DNA from: Candidatus Latescibacterota bacterium
GTDB lineage: Bacteria > Latescibacterota > UBA2968
DNA: 64,000 bases
Assembly (NCBI GenBank): GCA_965205975.1
Contig: OZ242195.1
Span: 1,376,001-1,440,000, forward strand
Direction of reading: 5' to 3'
The position numbers and the translations under genes were made by a program. Below, piece after piece: positions 36,709 to 51,700 of the stretch. The first letter of the stretch is position 1. Every line of letters begins with the position of its first letter. Under the pieces are notes generated by a model, which did not search any database, was not told where the DNA came from, and worked only from the letters and a program-made list of their open reading frames with translations.

Positions 36709-39700
36709 ATGAAAATAAATAACACAATCATATTAGCTGCAATGATGATGCTCATCCTGGTGCCTGATCGTGCCCTGGGCCAGCCTACGGTGTCCATTAC
36801 AGCTTCAGAAACTTCAGTAACTGAGGGAGATGAATTCTCGTTAAATATACTAAAACCTCTAAATGCAGAGTCTATTACGGTTTATGTGGAAATAACAGTT
36901 CAGGGGGACTTTGTCGATGATTTGCCTTCAAATACCACTGTAACTGCAAATATACTAGAAGGGCAATCGGCATTCATGCTCACATATCAAACCGACGACG
37001 ATGATTTGGCTGAGGATGATGGCTCAATAACCGCGACTATTATCGCGAATAGTGCTTATACCATCAACCCCAATAATTCCTCCGTCACCGTCACGATATC
37101 AAACAACGACACCCCTACGATACGTTTAGAAAAGACTTACGCCACGAATAGACAGTTTGGAAAGGATGAATTTCCCCTTTATGAAGGAAATTGGATTGCT
37201 TTCGAGTTTTCTCGAAATACCCTTGGGGTAAATGACGAAGGAAGGAGGCTACTCGTATCTCTGAATATAACCTATTTAGACGGGAACACGGAAAGCCAGT
37301 ACATAATTTTCCAGCCCGATAGCAGGTCCAGATCCTTTTATGTGAAGCTGACAGAAGACAACACAATTCGGGATGCCACTGCCCGAGATTATATCCGGCT
37401 ACAGTTTTTCCAACCCGAACTTACCGAAGGCTACTCGCTGGAACCATCAAACGGCATAGTCGATGTGAAGATTCAGGATGACGATGTCGTGGTGTCTATT
37501 AGCCCAGAGGATTCGGAACTCACCACAGTCACGGAGGGAGAGACGAGCACTTACACGATCATTCCGTCGCTGGATGGTCAGGTGACGCATCCACTAACAG
37601 TGAAGTGGCAGGCGACAAGTGGTGGGGAACGGTTGAGAGCGACAGAAGGGACATTTGAGTTCCAAACAAATAATCAGAACCCGCCCCAAATTGTTCTTTC
37701 TCTGCTGGATGATGCTATTCTCAAGGATCACAGTACAGTGACTGTGGAAATCGTAGAGGAGACGGAGGAGGCACGCCGGGGCTACCGCACAGGAACATCT
37801 TCTTCTGTCTCGTTTCAAGTTCGGGATGACGATTTGCCAGTTGTACAAATACTGGGTCTGGGTCAGTATCCTGCGGGACCCGTTCCAGAAGGGGGACCTT
37901 ACCGGCTCCGCTTCATCCGCGCAGCGAATCCAATTACGGACCCGCTGACAGTCTATGTCAGCGTGACCGGCGGGGAGAGTTTTTACCCGCAGCCACGAAC
38001 CGCCTATATTATTGGCTCAGATGAGGAACAGGCAGACTATGTAATCCTAATCGAAGAAGACGATGTCGATGAGCCAGACGGCGAGATAACTATAACCATC
38101 CAGCCCAACGAAAACTATGAGATACACAGGAATAACAAAACAGTCACCTTTACAATTAATGACAATGACACGCGGGGTGTGGTGGTGACACCGACTTCTC
38201 TGGCGATGGATGAAGGTGAGGACGCGACATACACAGTGGTTCTCGAGTCGGAACCAACAGCAGATGTGACTGTGACAGTGACGGCGAGCGGAGATGCGAC
38301 GGTGAATCCTGCATCCCTGACGTTCACCGCGTTAAATTGGAACCAGGTACAGACTGTGACGGTAAGCGCGCCAGAGGACGCGGACACGAAAGATGGTTCT
38401 GCGACGATTAGCCACACGGTAGCAGGTGGGGACTACGATGGCGAGACAGCAGATGACGTGGCGGTAATGGTGACGGATAATGATAAGCCGATAGTAACGA
38501 TAGAGGCAGTTCCCGATCCGCCGCAAAAATTTGAGGGGCAAAGTGTGGAATACAGGCTCAGGCGTAGCCGTAATACGAGTGAGCCTCTGACGGTGGCGAT
38601 CAGCATAAGCGAAGATGGAAAAGTGCTTGATAATCGCTACGAACGCACCTGGGATGTGGTGTTTGAAGCTGGACAGGAAACCCTCACGTTCCGGTTGCTC
38701 ACGACTAACGACGATGATGATGAATCCGCAAGTACAGTAAGTGCCGAGATTCTGGAAAGAGAGGAATATGCAGTTGGTACGCCGAACTCGGCGGAAATAT
38801 TGGTAATTGGGCAGGATCTGATCCTGATTTATTCGCTTGTGGAACCTGAGCCTGTAGTTGAAGGGGGCACGTTGCGTATCGAGGTGACAGCGGTAACGAA
38901 AGTAGATGTGATGCCGACACGCCATTACGTCGCATCAATCGTATCCCGTTCTCGGACAGCGAAGTCGGGAAGAGATTATCGTCCGGTTAGTGAGCATTTG
39001 ATATTTAGACATACCGATTTTACAGCGGTCACTATAAATGGTGAACAGCGTTACCAGAGTACTGTGTATTTAGACACAGAAATTTTCGAAGATAATTATG
39101 CGGAAGATTCAGAGATATTTATTCTTATTTTACATCTTGCACCTGACCTTGAGCATGAAATTGATCGAGCAGAGGTGACGGTAACGATTACAGACAACGA
39201 CCCGGAGCCGGAACTGGCTGTGGAAGTATCACCTGCGGAGATAGCGGAGGACGAGGGCAAAGCGGGAGTGATTGTTAGCATAACCAACGGAAGTCTCTAT
39301 ACGGAGAGGCGTACATTCACGCTGGAATTGGGAGGAACAGCGACTAAAGGAACAGACTACCGAGTTGAGTCAGAGCACCTGGAGCTACCAGAGGGAGAAT
39401 CCCAGGTCGGGACGATATTAACGACGGTGGACGACGCAATAGGCGAAGGGAACGAGATCATTGAGGTGCAGGTCCGCCATGATGGCAATGTGGTTGACGA
39501 ATTGAGGCGTGTTACGATTGTTGACGACGATGATCGCAGGGTGGAAATCAGGCCGACTCAACTGGCGGTGCGAGAAGGCGAGAGCGGAACATACACAGTG
39601 GTTCTCGAGTCGGAACCAACAGCAGATGTGACTGTGACAGTGACGGCGAGCGGGGATGCGACGGTGAATCCTGCATCCCTGACGTTCACCGCGTTAAATT

Positions 39701-42700
39701 GGGACCAGGTACAGACTGTGACGGTGACGACAGATCACGACATAGATGCCCAGGACGAATCTGCAACAATTCGCCACACAGTGACCAGTAGCGGGAGTTA
39801 CAGCGGCGTGACAGCCGATGATGTAACGGTAACGGTCACAGACGACGAGGCGGCCTCGACTGAGATCGCATTGCGCGTATCACCTGCGTCCATCCCAGAA
39901 GGTGATGGACAGGTAGTAACCGTGACAGCTACATTGAATCATGCCGCGCTAACATCTGCGGCGACCGTGACCGTAAGTGTGGCAGCAGGCACGGCGACAA
40001 GTGCCGACTTTGGTGCGGTGAACAACTTCACTGTGACGATACCTGCGAATATGCCGAGCGGAACGGGAACCTTCACGCTGACGCCGGTAAACGACGACCT
40101 GGATGAAGATGACGAGACAGTGACAGTGAGCGGGACGACGACGACCGCAGGGCTGACCGTGAATGGGACCACTGTGACCATCACCGATGACGATACGCGC
40201 GGAGTAGAGATAAGTCCGACCTCTTTGACGATAGCAGAAGGCGGGAGTGGGACATATACCCTGGTATTGGAATCGCAGCCGACTGCTGAAGTAAGGGTAG
40301 TGGTAGGAGGCAGGAGAGGGGAGATCAGTCTGGGTGGCTCTCCGCTGACATTTACGACAGACAATTGGCATATCGCACAGACCGTGACGGTGAATGCAGG
40401 GCAGGATGACGATGCGGTAAATGATGCGGCAACGCTCATCAATGTTGTCAGCAGCAGTGGAGACTACAACGGTGTGACAACAGATGATGTGGCAGTAATC
40501 GTCACCGATGACGATACGCGCGGAGTAGAGATAAGTCCGACCTCTTTGACGATAGCAGAAGGCGGGAGTGGGACATATACCGTGGTATTGGAATCGCAAC
40601 CGACCGATGCAGTAACTGTGACAGTGGGAGGTGCGTCTGGCGATGTGAGTGTGAGTGGCTCTCCGCTGACATTTACGACGGGCAATTGGAATATCGCACA
40701 GACCGTGACGGTGAATGCAGGGCAAGACGATGATGCGGTAAATGATGCTGTAACGCTCAGAAACACTGTGAGCAGTGGGGGGGGCTACGACGGTGAGACA
40801 GCAGATGATGTAATGGTGAGAGTCACAGACGACGAGAAGGGCGCCGAGCCGGGTATCTCACTGAGCGTAGCACCTGAGATAGTAAGCGAAGATGGTGGCG
40901 GGCAAACCATAAACGTAATAGCGACCTTTAGTCTGCCAACGACGAGAGACGGACGTACTGTGGGGCAAAGGAATACGCCTGAAGAGGTCGTGAGGGTACG
41001 TGTGACTGCTGGCACGGCGACAAGTGCTGACTTCAATGCCGTGTCCAGCTTTGATATAACAATACCTTCGGGTATGACGAGTGGGAGAGGAAGCTTCAGG
41101 CTAATGCCGGTGGATGATGAAATTGACGAAACTAACGAGACCATTATCGTGAGAGGGACATCGAGTATAACGAACCTGATCGTGCGCCAGGCCAACGTGA
41201 CCATTACCGATAATGATGAACGCGGAATAGACGTCACACCGACCTCTTTGACGATAGCAGAAGGCGAGAGTAAAACATATACCCTGGTATTGAAATCTCA
41301 ACCAACCGATGCAGTAAGGGTGGTGGTAGGAGGCGCATTTGGAGAGATTCGCGTGCGTGGTTCTCCGCTGACATTTACGACAGACAATTGGCATATCGCA
41401 CAGACCGTGACTGTGGATGCAGGGCAGGATAACGATGCGGTAAATGATGTTGCAACGCTCATCAATGTAGTTAGCAGCAGTGGAGACTATGGCGGAGAGA
41501 TAGCCGACAATGTGACGGTGACTGTCGAGGACGATGATATAGCTTCGACAGAGATTGCATTGGGCGTATCACCTGCAAGTTTTGCAGAAGGCGATGGTGA
41601 TCAGACAGTAACCGTGACAGCCACACTGAATCATGCTGCGCTAAAATCAGACGCGCCAGTGACGGTGAGCGTGGCAGCGGGCACGGCTTCAGATACGGAC
41701 TTTGGTGCCGTGTCTGACTTTGTAGTAATTATCCCTGCGGGTATGACGAGCGGGACGGAAACCTTCACACTGAGCCCTGTGGATGATGATGTGGACGAGC
41801 CAGATGAGACCTTGACGGTGAGTGGAACAACCACGGGACTGAGGGTGACGACAACGACCGTGACGATTGAGGACGACGACCTGCCTCTGGTTTCTTTTGT
41901 CTCCGACTCCCAGGACCCTTTTACCGAAGGCGAGACCATTGATTTAACTCTGAGACGTAACGGAGATATCAGCGTGCCGCTGACTGTGTCCGTCAATGTG
42001 ACTGAGGCTCCAATAGCCCTCAGATTTATGACCGATGTGTTGAGTAGCAGTGATGAAGGCGAGCGAGATATCCTATTTTCCGCCGGGACTTCAACGGCGT
42101 CGTTTAGCTTGCCCACAACTGATGACAATGTACACGAGGCGCCAAGCAGGGTGACAGTCGAAATCCAAAGTGGTAGCGACTATAGTCCTGGCGACCCCCA
42201 AACAAGAGAGTTTAGAGTAAATGACAACGACCTGGTACTGATCTATTCGATGCAGCAAGATGTGTCGTTTGACGAAGATGCGGGAACCGTGGAAATTGAG
42301 ATAACCGCTATAACGGACCAAAACACAATGCCGAATTTTTCCTATCCGATGAGGTTTGAGCACAGAGATCAGACAGCGCGTGCTGCACGTGATTATAGAC
42401 CGGTGAATGATCTGAAAACTTTTCCGCACGACGAATACATGGCTGTTGAGATAGGCGGCGAGACGCGCTACAGCCTGACAAAACAGTTTGATGTGACAAT
42501 CACCGATGATGACCTCGCGGAGGAAACCGAGACTTTTCAGGTCATTATGCGCCCTGTGTTTTTTGTTGAAGACGAGCAGCTCGATCTGTCGCTTGACAGA
42601 AGAGAGACAACAATAACAATTATCGATAATGATACCCGCGGAGTGGAGGTGCGGCCGACATCTCTGGAGGTGGAAGAAGGCAAGAGCAGAACCTATGATG

Positions 42701-45700
42701 TGGTATTGCAATCACAGCCAACCGATGCCGTGACTGTGACAGTGGGAGGCGCGTCTGGAGAGATTCGCGTGCGTGGCTCCCCGCTGATATTTGATGATTT
42801 CTGGTCTATTGCTCAGACTGTGACAGTAATTGCAGGGCAGGATGACGATGCGGTAAATGATACTGCAACGCTCACGCATACAGTGAGTGGAGGCGATTAC
42901 GGCTCGGTGATTGTAGATGCAGTAACGGTAACCGTCACGGATGACGATGAACGCGGTGTAGAGATAAGTCCGACCTCTTTGGCGATAAGAGAAGGCGGGA
43001 GTGGGACATATACCGCGGTATTGCAATCTCAGCCGACTGCCGCCGTGACCGTGACGGTGGGAGGCGCGTCTGGCGATGTGAGTGTGCGTGGTTCGCCGCT
43101 GACATTTACGACGGGCAATTGGCATATCGCACAGGCCGTGACGGTGAGTGCAGCGCAGGATGTTGATGCGGTAAATGATGTTGCAACACTCAGCAATACT
43201 GTCACCAGTGGGGGGGACTACAACGGTGAAACAGCAGATGATGTAATGGTGACTGTCACTGATGATGGGATAAGCTCGACAGAGGTCGCATTGCGCGTAT
43301 CACCTTCATCCGTATCAGAGGGCGGTGGTGGACAGACAGTAACCGTGACAGCCACACTGAATCATGCCGTGCTAACATCTGCGGCGACCGTGACGGTGCG
43401 TGTGGCAACAGGTACGGCAACAAGTGCCGACTTTGGTGCGGTGAACAACTTCACTGTGACGATACCTGCGAATATGCCGAGCGGAACGGGGACTTTCACG
43501 CTGACGCCGATCAACGACGACCTGGATGAAAATGACGAGACGGTGACAGTGAGCGGGACGACCGCAGGGCTGACCGTGAATGGGACCACTGTGACCATCA
43601 CCGATGACGATACGCGCGGAGTAGAGATAAGTCCGACCTCTTTGACGATAGCAGAAGGCGGGAGTGGGACATATACCCTGGTATTGGAATCGCAGCCGAC
43701 TGCTGAAGTAAGGGTAGTGGTAGGAGGCAGGAGAGGGGAGATCAGTCTGGGTGGTTCGCCGCTGACATTTGCGACAGACAATTGGAATATCGCACAGACC
43801 GTGACGGTGAATGCAGGGCAGGACGCAGATGCGGTAAATGATGCGGCAACGCTCATCAATGTTGTCAGCAGCAGTGGAGACTACAACGGTGTGACAACAG
43901 ATGATGTGAGCGTAACCGTTGCAGATGATGAGACAGCCTCGACTGAGATCGCATTGCGCGTATCACCTTCATCCGTATCAGAAGGCGGTGGTGGACAAGT
44001 AGTAACCGTGACAGCCACACTGAATCATGCCGCGCTAACATCTGCGGCGACCGTGACGGTGCGTGTGGCAGCAGGCACGGCAGCAGACACGGACTTTGAT
44101 GCAGTATCTGACTTTGAAGTGACCATCCCCGAGGATGCGACGAGTGGGACGGAAACTTTCACGCTGACGCCGGTAAACGACGATTTGGACGAAGATGACG
44201 AGACGGTGACGGTGAGCGGAACGACGACCACAGGGCTGACCGTGAATGGGACTACTGTAACCATCACCGATGACGATACGCGCGGAGTAGAGATAAGTCC
44301 GACCTCTTTGACGATAGCAGAAGGCGGGAGTGGGACATATACCGTGGTATTGGAATCTCAGCCGACCGCTGCCGTGACTGTGACGGTGGGAGGCGCGTCT
44401 GGCGATGTGAGCGTGCGTGGTTCGCCGCTGACATTTGCGACAGACAATTGGAATATCGCACAGACTGTGACGGTAAATACAAGGCAGGATGATGGTACAG
44501 AAAATGAGTCTGTAATGCTCAGCAACACAGTGACCAGTGGGGGGGACTACAACGGTGAAACAGCAGAGGATGTGGCAGTAACCGTCACAGACGCCGATGA
44601 ACGCGGAGTAGAGATAAGTCCGACCTCTTTAACCGTGCGTGAGGGGGAAAGTGAGACATACACCGTGGTATTGGAATCTCAGCCGACCGCTGCCGTGACT
44701 GTGACGGTGGGAGGCGCGTCTGGCGATGTGAGTGTGCGTGGTTCGCCGATAACATTTACGACAGGCAATTGGAATATCGCACAGACCGTGACGGTGAGTG
44801 CAGCGCAGGATGGTGATGCAGTAAATGATGCTGCAACACTCAGCAATACCGTTACCAGTGGGGGAGACTACAATGGCGAAACAGCAGATGATGTAACAGT
44901 AACCGTCACAGACGATGAGACGGCCTCGACAGCAATCGCATTGCGCGTATCACCTTCATCCGTATCAGAAGGCGGTGGTGGACAAGTAGTAACCGTGACA
45001 GCCACACTGAATCACGCCCCGCTAATATCTGCGGCGACCGTGACGGTGAGTGTGGCAGCAGGCACGGCGACAAGTGCCGACTTTGGTGCGGTGAACAACT
45101 TTGAGGTGACGATACCTGCGAATATGCCGAGCGGAACGGGGACTTTCACGCTGACGCCGATCAACGACGATTTGGATGAAAATGACGAGACAGTGACAGT
45201 GAGCGGGACGACGACGGCCACAGGGCTAACCGTGAATGGGACCCCTGTGACCATTACAGACGATGATACACGCGAAGTGGCAATTATGCCAACATATTTG
45301 ACCTTGCGTGAGGGGAATAGTGGGACATACGCCGTGGTATTGGAATCTCAGCCGACTGCTGCCGTGACTGTGACGGTGGGAGGCGCGTCTGGCGAGGTCA
45401 GTGTGCGTGGTTCGCCGCTGATATTTGCGACAGACAATTGGAATATCGCACAGACCGTGACGGTGAGTGCAGCGCAAGATGATGATGCGGTAAATGATGC
45501 TGCAGCACTCAGCAATACCGTTACCAGTGGGGGGGACTACAACGGTGAAACAGCAGAGAATGTGGTAGTGGTCGTCACAGATGATGATAAACGCAGTGTG
45601 GCGATAAGTCCGCCATTTTTTACGGTTCCAAAAGGCGTGATTATACCAGAAGGCGAGAATGAAACATATTTGATAGTACAAGAAGGCGAGAGTGAAACAT

Positions 45701-48700
45701 ATACCGTGGTATTGGAATCTCAGCCGACTGCTGCCGTGACTGTGACGGTGGGAGGCGCGTCTGGCGATGTGAGTGTGAGTGGTTCGCCAGTGATATTTAC
45801 GACAGGCAATTGGAATGTCGCACAGACCGTGACGGTGAGCGCGGGGCAGGATGATGATGCAGAAAATGATTATGCAACACTCCGCAATACCGTTACCAGT
45901 GGGGGAGACTACAATAGTGAAATACCAGAGGCTGTGGTAGTGATCGTCATAGATGATGATACACGCGGTGTGGCGATAAGTCCAACATCTGTTATGGTAC
46001 AAGAAGGCGAGAGTGAAACATATACCGTGGTATTGGAATCTCAGCCGACCGATGCAGTAACTGTGGCAGTGACCGGAAGTGGGGATGTATCGGGAAGCCC
46101 AGCACGATTGACATTCTCCACATCAAATTGGGGCGATGCCCAGACCGTGACGGTGAGTGCAGCGCAGGACGCAGATGCAGAAAATGAAGATGCAACACTC
46201 AGCAATACCGTTACCAGTGGGGGAGACTACAATGGCGAAACAGCAGAGGATGTAACAGTAACGGTCACAGACGATGAGACGGCCTCGACTGAGATCGCAT
46301 TGCGCGTATCACCTGCGTCCATCCCAGAAGGTGATGGACAGGTAGTAACAGTAACGGCCACACTGAATCATGCCGTGCTAACATCTGCGGCGACCGTGAC
46401 CGTAAGTGTGGCAGCAGGCACGGCAACAGAAAACACGGACTTTGGTGCTGTATCTAATTTTATGGTGATCATTCCAAAAGGTGCGGCGAAAAATACAGGA
46501 TCCTTCACACTGACATCGATATCTGATGATTTCGACGAAGCCGACGAGACGGTGACAGTAAGTGGAACAACCACGGCTACAGGTTTGACCGTGAATGGGA
46601 CCAATGTGACCATCACCGATGACGATACACGCGGTGTGACGATAAGTCCGACCTCTTTGACGATAGCAGAAGGCGAGAGCGAGACATATACCGTGGTATT
46701 GGAATCGCAACCGACTGCTGCCGTGACTGTGACGGTAGGAAGGACATCTGGCGATGTGAGCGTGAGTGGTTCGCCGCTGACATTTGCGACAGGCAATTGG
46801 AATATCGCCCAGACCGTGACGGTGAGTGCAGCGCAGGACGCAGATGCAGAAAATGAAGATGCAACACTCAGCAATACCGTTACCAGTGGGGGAGACTACA
46901 ATGGCGAAACAGCAGAGGATGTAACAGTAACGGTCACAGACGATGAGACGGCCTCGACTGAGATCGCATTGAGCGTATCACCTGCGTCCATCCCAGAAGG
47001 TGATGGACAGGTAGTAACAGTAACAGCTACACTGAATCATGCCGTGCTAACATCTGCGGCGACCGTGACCGTAAGTGTGGCAGCAGGCACGGCGACAAGT
47101 GCCGACTTTGGTGCGGTGAACAACTTCACTGTGACGATACCTGCGAATATGCCGAGCGGAACGGGGACTTTCACGCTGACGCCGGTAAACGACGACCTGG
47201 ATGAAAATGACGAGACGGTGACAGTGAGCGGGACGACCGCAGGGCTGACCGTGAATGGGACCACTGTGACCATCACCGATGACGATACGCGCGGAGTAGA
47301 GATAGATCCGACTTCTTTAACCGTGCGTGAGGGGGAAAGTGAGACATACGCCGTGGTATTGGAATCTCAGCCGACTGCTGCCGTGACTGTGACGGTGGGA
47401 GGCGCGTCTGGCGATGTGAGTGTGCGTGGTTCGCCGATAACATTTACGACAGGCAATTGGAATATCGCACAGACCGTGACGGTGAGTGCAGCGCAGGATG
47501 GTGATGCAGTAAATGATGCTGCAACACTCAGCAATACCGTTACCAGTGGGGGGGACTACAATGGCGAAACAGCAGATGATGTAACAGTAACCGTCACAGA
47601 CGATGAGACGGCCTCGACTGAGATCGCATTGCGCGTATCACCTTCATCCGTATCAGAAGGCGGTGGTGGACAGACAGTAACCGTGACAGCCACACTGAAT
47701 CATGCCGTGCTAACATCTGCGGCGACCGTGACGGTGAGTGTGGCAACAGGTACGGCGACAAGTGCTGACTTTGGTGCAGTATCTGACTTTGAGGTAACCA
47801 TCCCCACTGGTGTGCCGAGAGGCACAGGTACATTTACTCTGACGCCAGTATCTGATGATCTCGACGAGACCGATGAGACGGTGACAGTAAGCGGGACGAC
47901 GACGACCGCAGGGCTGACCGTGAATGGAACCACTGTGACCATCACCGATGACGATACGCGCGGAGTAGAGATAGATCCGACTTCTTTAACCGTGCGTGAG
48001 GGGGAAAGTGAGACATACGCCGTGGTATTGGAATCTCAGCCGACCGCTGCCGTGACTGTGACGGTGGGAGGCGCGTCTGGCGATGTGAGTGTGAGTGGTT
48101 CGCCGATAACATTTGCGACAGGCAATTGGAATATCGCACAGACCGTAACAGTGAGTGCAGCGCAGGATGGTGATGCAGTAAATGATGCTGCAACACTCAG
48201 CAATACCGTTACCAGTGGGGGGGACTACAATGGCGAAACAGCAGATGATGTAACAGTAACCGTCACAGACGATGAGACGGCCTCGACAGCAATCGCATTG
48301 CGCGTATCACCTTCATCCGTATCAGAAGGCGGTGGTGGACAAGTAGTAACCGTGACAGCCACACTGAATCACGCCCCGCTAATATCTGCGGCGACCGTGA
48401 CGGTGAGTGTGGCAGCAGGCACGGCGACAAGTGCCGACTTTGGTGCGGTGAACAACTTTGCGGTGACGATACCTGCGAATATGCCGAGCGGAACGGGGAC
48501 TTTCACGCTGACGCCGATCAACGACGATTTGGATGAAAATGACGAGACAGTGACAGTGAGCGGGACGACGACGACCACAGGGCTGACCGTGAATGGGACC
48601 ACTGTGACCATCACCGATGACGATACGCGCGGAGTAGAGATAAGTCCGACCTCTTTGACGATAGCAGAAGGCGAGAGTGGGACATATACCGTGGTATTGG

Positions 48701-51700
48701 AATCTCAGCCGACCGCTGCCGTGACTGTGACGGTAGGAGGCGCGTCTGACGATGTGAGTGTGCGTGGTTCGCCGCTGATATTTGCGACAGGCAATTGGAA
48801 TATCGCACAGACCGTAACAGTGAATGCAGGACAGGACGCAGATGCGGTAAATGATCCCGCGGTAACGATCACGCATACCGTGACCAGTGGGGGGGACTAC
48901 AACGGTGAAACAGCAGATGATGTAACAGTAACGGTCACAGACGATGATACCGCTTCATCAGAGATCACCCTGGGTGTGGCGCCGATAAGTGTTACAGAAG
49001 GCGGTGGTGGACAGACAGTAACCGTGACAGCCGCACTGAATCACGCCGCGCTAATACCTGCGGCGACCGTGACGGTGAGTGTGGCAGCAGGCACGGCGAC
49101 AAATGCTGACTTTGGTGCGGTATCTGACTTTGAGGTAACCATCCCCGCTGGTGTGCTGAGAGGGACAGGTACATTTACTCTGACGCCAGTATCTGATGAT
49201 CTCGACGAGACCGACGAGACGGTGACAGTGAGCGGGACGACGACCGCAGGGCTGACTGTGAATGGGACCACTGTGACCATCGCCGATGACGATACACGGG
49301 GTGTGACGTTAATACCGACGACCCTGACGATTGACGAGGGACAAACGGGCCTCTACACCGTAGTATTGGCATCACAGCCGACAGATAACGTGATGGTGAC
49401 AACTAGTGTGCCATCGGGTACGGATGTATCGGTGGAACCGACAGCACTGCGGTTTACACCGGATGACTGGGATGGAGTACAGACCGTGATGGTGAGTGCG
49501 GGGCAGGACAATGATGCGATAAATGATCCCGCGGTAACGATTACGCATACAGTGAGTGGCGGTGATTACAACTCGGTGAGTGCAGATGCAGTAACGGTGA
49601 CGATTAGAGATTTGATTGCACAGACTGCGCCACCGCCAACACCGCCGCCATCTGGTGATGGTTCTGGTGGAGATACCACCGTGCAAGATATAATGGTGTC
49701 GTTTGCAGCGAATAGCTACGAGGCAATCGAAGGGAGCAGTGTGCGCGTGTCCGTGCGGCTGGACCGTGTGCCCCAACAAGAAATGAATATCCCGTTGACG
49801 GTGACGCAGGATAATGGTGCTACAAAGGCCGACTATTCTGGGGTACCTGAACGTGTGATCTTTGGCAGTAATGAGACAGAAAAGAGCTTTGAGGTCACAG
49901 CAGTGGATGACGATATAGATGATGACAACGAGACCGTGACGCTCGGCTTTGGCGCATTGCCCAATGGGATCAGTGTGGGAAAACAGGCTACAGCAGTGGT
50001 GTATCTTGCTGATGATGACACACGTGGGGTGCTGGTGAGACCAATTGCGTTGAACGTGCCAGAGGGTGGTGACAAGACGTACACCATAGCACTTACTTCG
50101 CAACCGACTGCTGAGGTGACAGTCACTGTAACTGCGCCATCGGATTCGGAGGTTTCGGTGGACAAATCGGTATTGCAGTTCACAACCGCGACCTGGAATA
50201 CAGCGCAGACCGTGACGGTGAGCGCGGATGAAGACGACGACACAATAAACGATCCAACTGCGATGTTAACACATGTAGTGAGCGGTGGTGATTATCAAGA
50301 GATGGTTGCTGATGCAGTACGGGTGACGATCATTGAAAATGACATACCGACCCTGACGATTGAGAACCAGCGTGGAAGGGAGAATATCGGATATATGGTG
50401 TTCGCGCTCCGGCTGAGCACGGGCAGTAGCAAAGATGTGACAGTGGCTTATGCCACATCCAGCGGAACAGCGACTGAGGGCATAGACTACGAGGCAAAAC
50501 TCGGGACAGTGACATTTGCGGCGAGCGAGACGGTAAAGATGATCTCGGTATCAATCATCGATGATGTGTATGACGAGGCAGAGAAAGAGACGTTCAAGGT
50601 GATGCTGAGCAATGTCCAAAATGCGGTGTTGGGCAATTCGGAAGCGATTGGAACGATTGAGGACAATGACTACCCAAGGGTGCGCGTGTTTTTTGGCGAG
50701 GATAACTACACAGTAAATGAGGGGGGGCACACGGCAAAAGTACGTGTGCGTTTGAGCGTGAACCCTGAGCGCACAGTGACCATTCCGCTGGTGGCAATGC
50801 TCAACAACGGTGCTTCCGAGACAGATTATTTCGGCATACCAGAGCATATCTCTTTTGCCAATGGTGTGACAGAAAAGAGCTTTGAGGTCACAGCAGTAGA
50901 TGACGATATAGATGATGACGGCGAGACCGTGACACTCGGTTTTGGCACATTGCCCAATGGGGTCAGCCCGGGGAAAAATGCCTCTGCAATAGTGACGCTG
51001 GTCGATAACGATGATCCAGAGGTAAACGTGTCCTTTGATGCGGCAAATTACGAGGCAACCGAAGGGGAGAGCGAAACTGTGATGGTGCGATTAAGTGCTA
51101 TTCCAGAGCGCACGGTGGAGATCTCCCTGACAACGACGCTGGGCAATGGTGCTACAAAGGCCGACTATTCTGGGGTGCCTGAACGTGTGATCTTTGGCAG
51201 TCATGAGACAGAAAAGAGCTTTGAGGTCGCGGCAGTGGATGACGATATAGACGATGACGATGAGACATTGACACTCGGTTTTGGCACATTGCCCAATGGG
51301 GTCAGCCCGGGGGAAAATGCCTCTGCAATGGTGACCCTGGTCGATAACGATGATCCAGAGGTAAACGTGTCCTTTGATGCGGCAAATTACGAGGCAACCG
51401 AGGGAGGTAGCGTAGCAATGGTGCGGGTTTACCTGAGCGCGGACCCCGAACGCACGGTGAACATTCCACTCATGGCAATGCCCAACAATGGTGCCTCAGA
51501 TATGGATTATTCTGGCATACCAGAGCGCGTCATTTTCGCCAGTGGTGAAACAGAAAAGAGCTTTGAGGTCGCGGCAGTAGATGACGATATAGACGATGAC
51601 GATGAGACATTGACACTCGGTTTTGGCACATTGCCCAATGGGGTCAGCCCGGGGGAAAATGCCTCTGCAATGGTGACCCTGGTCGATAACGACGACCCAG

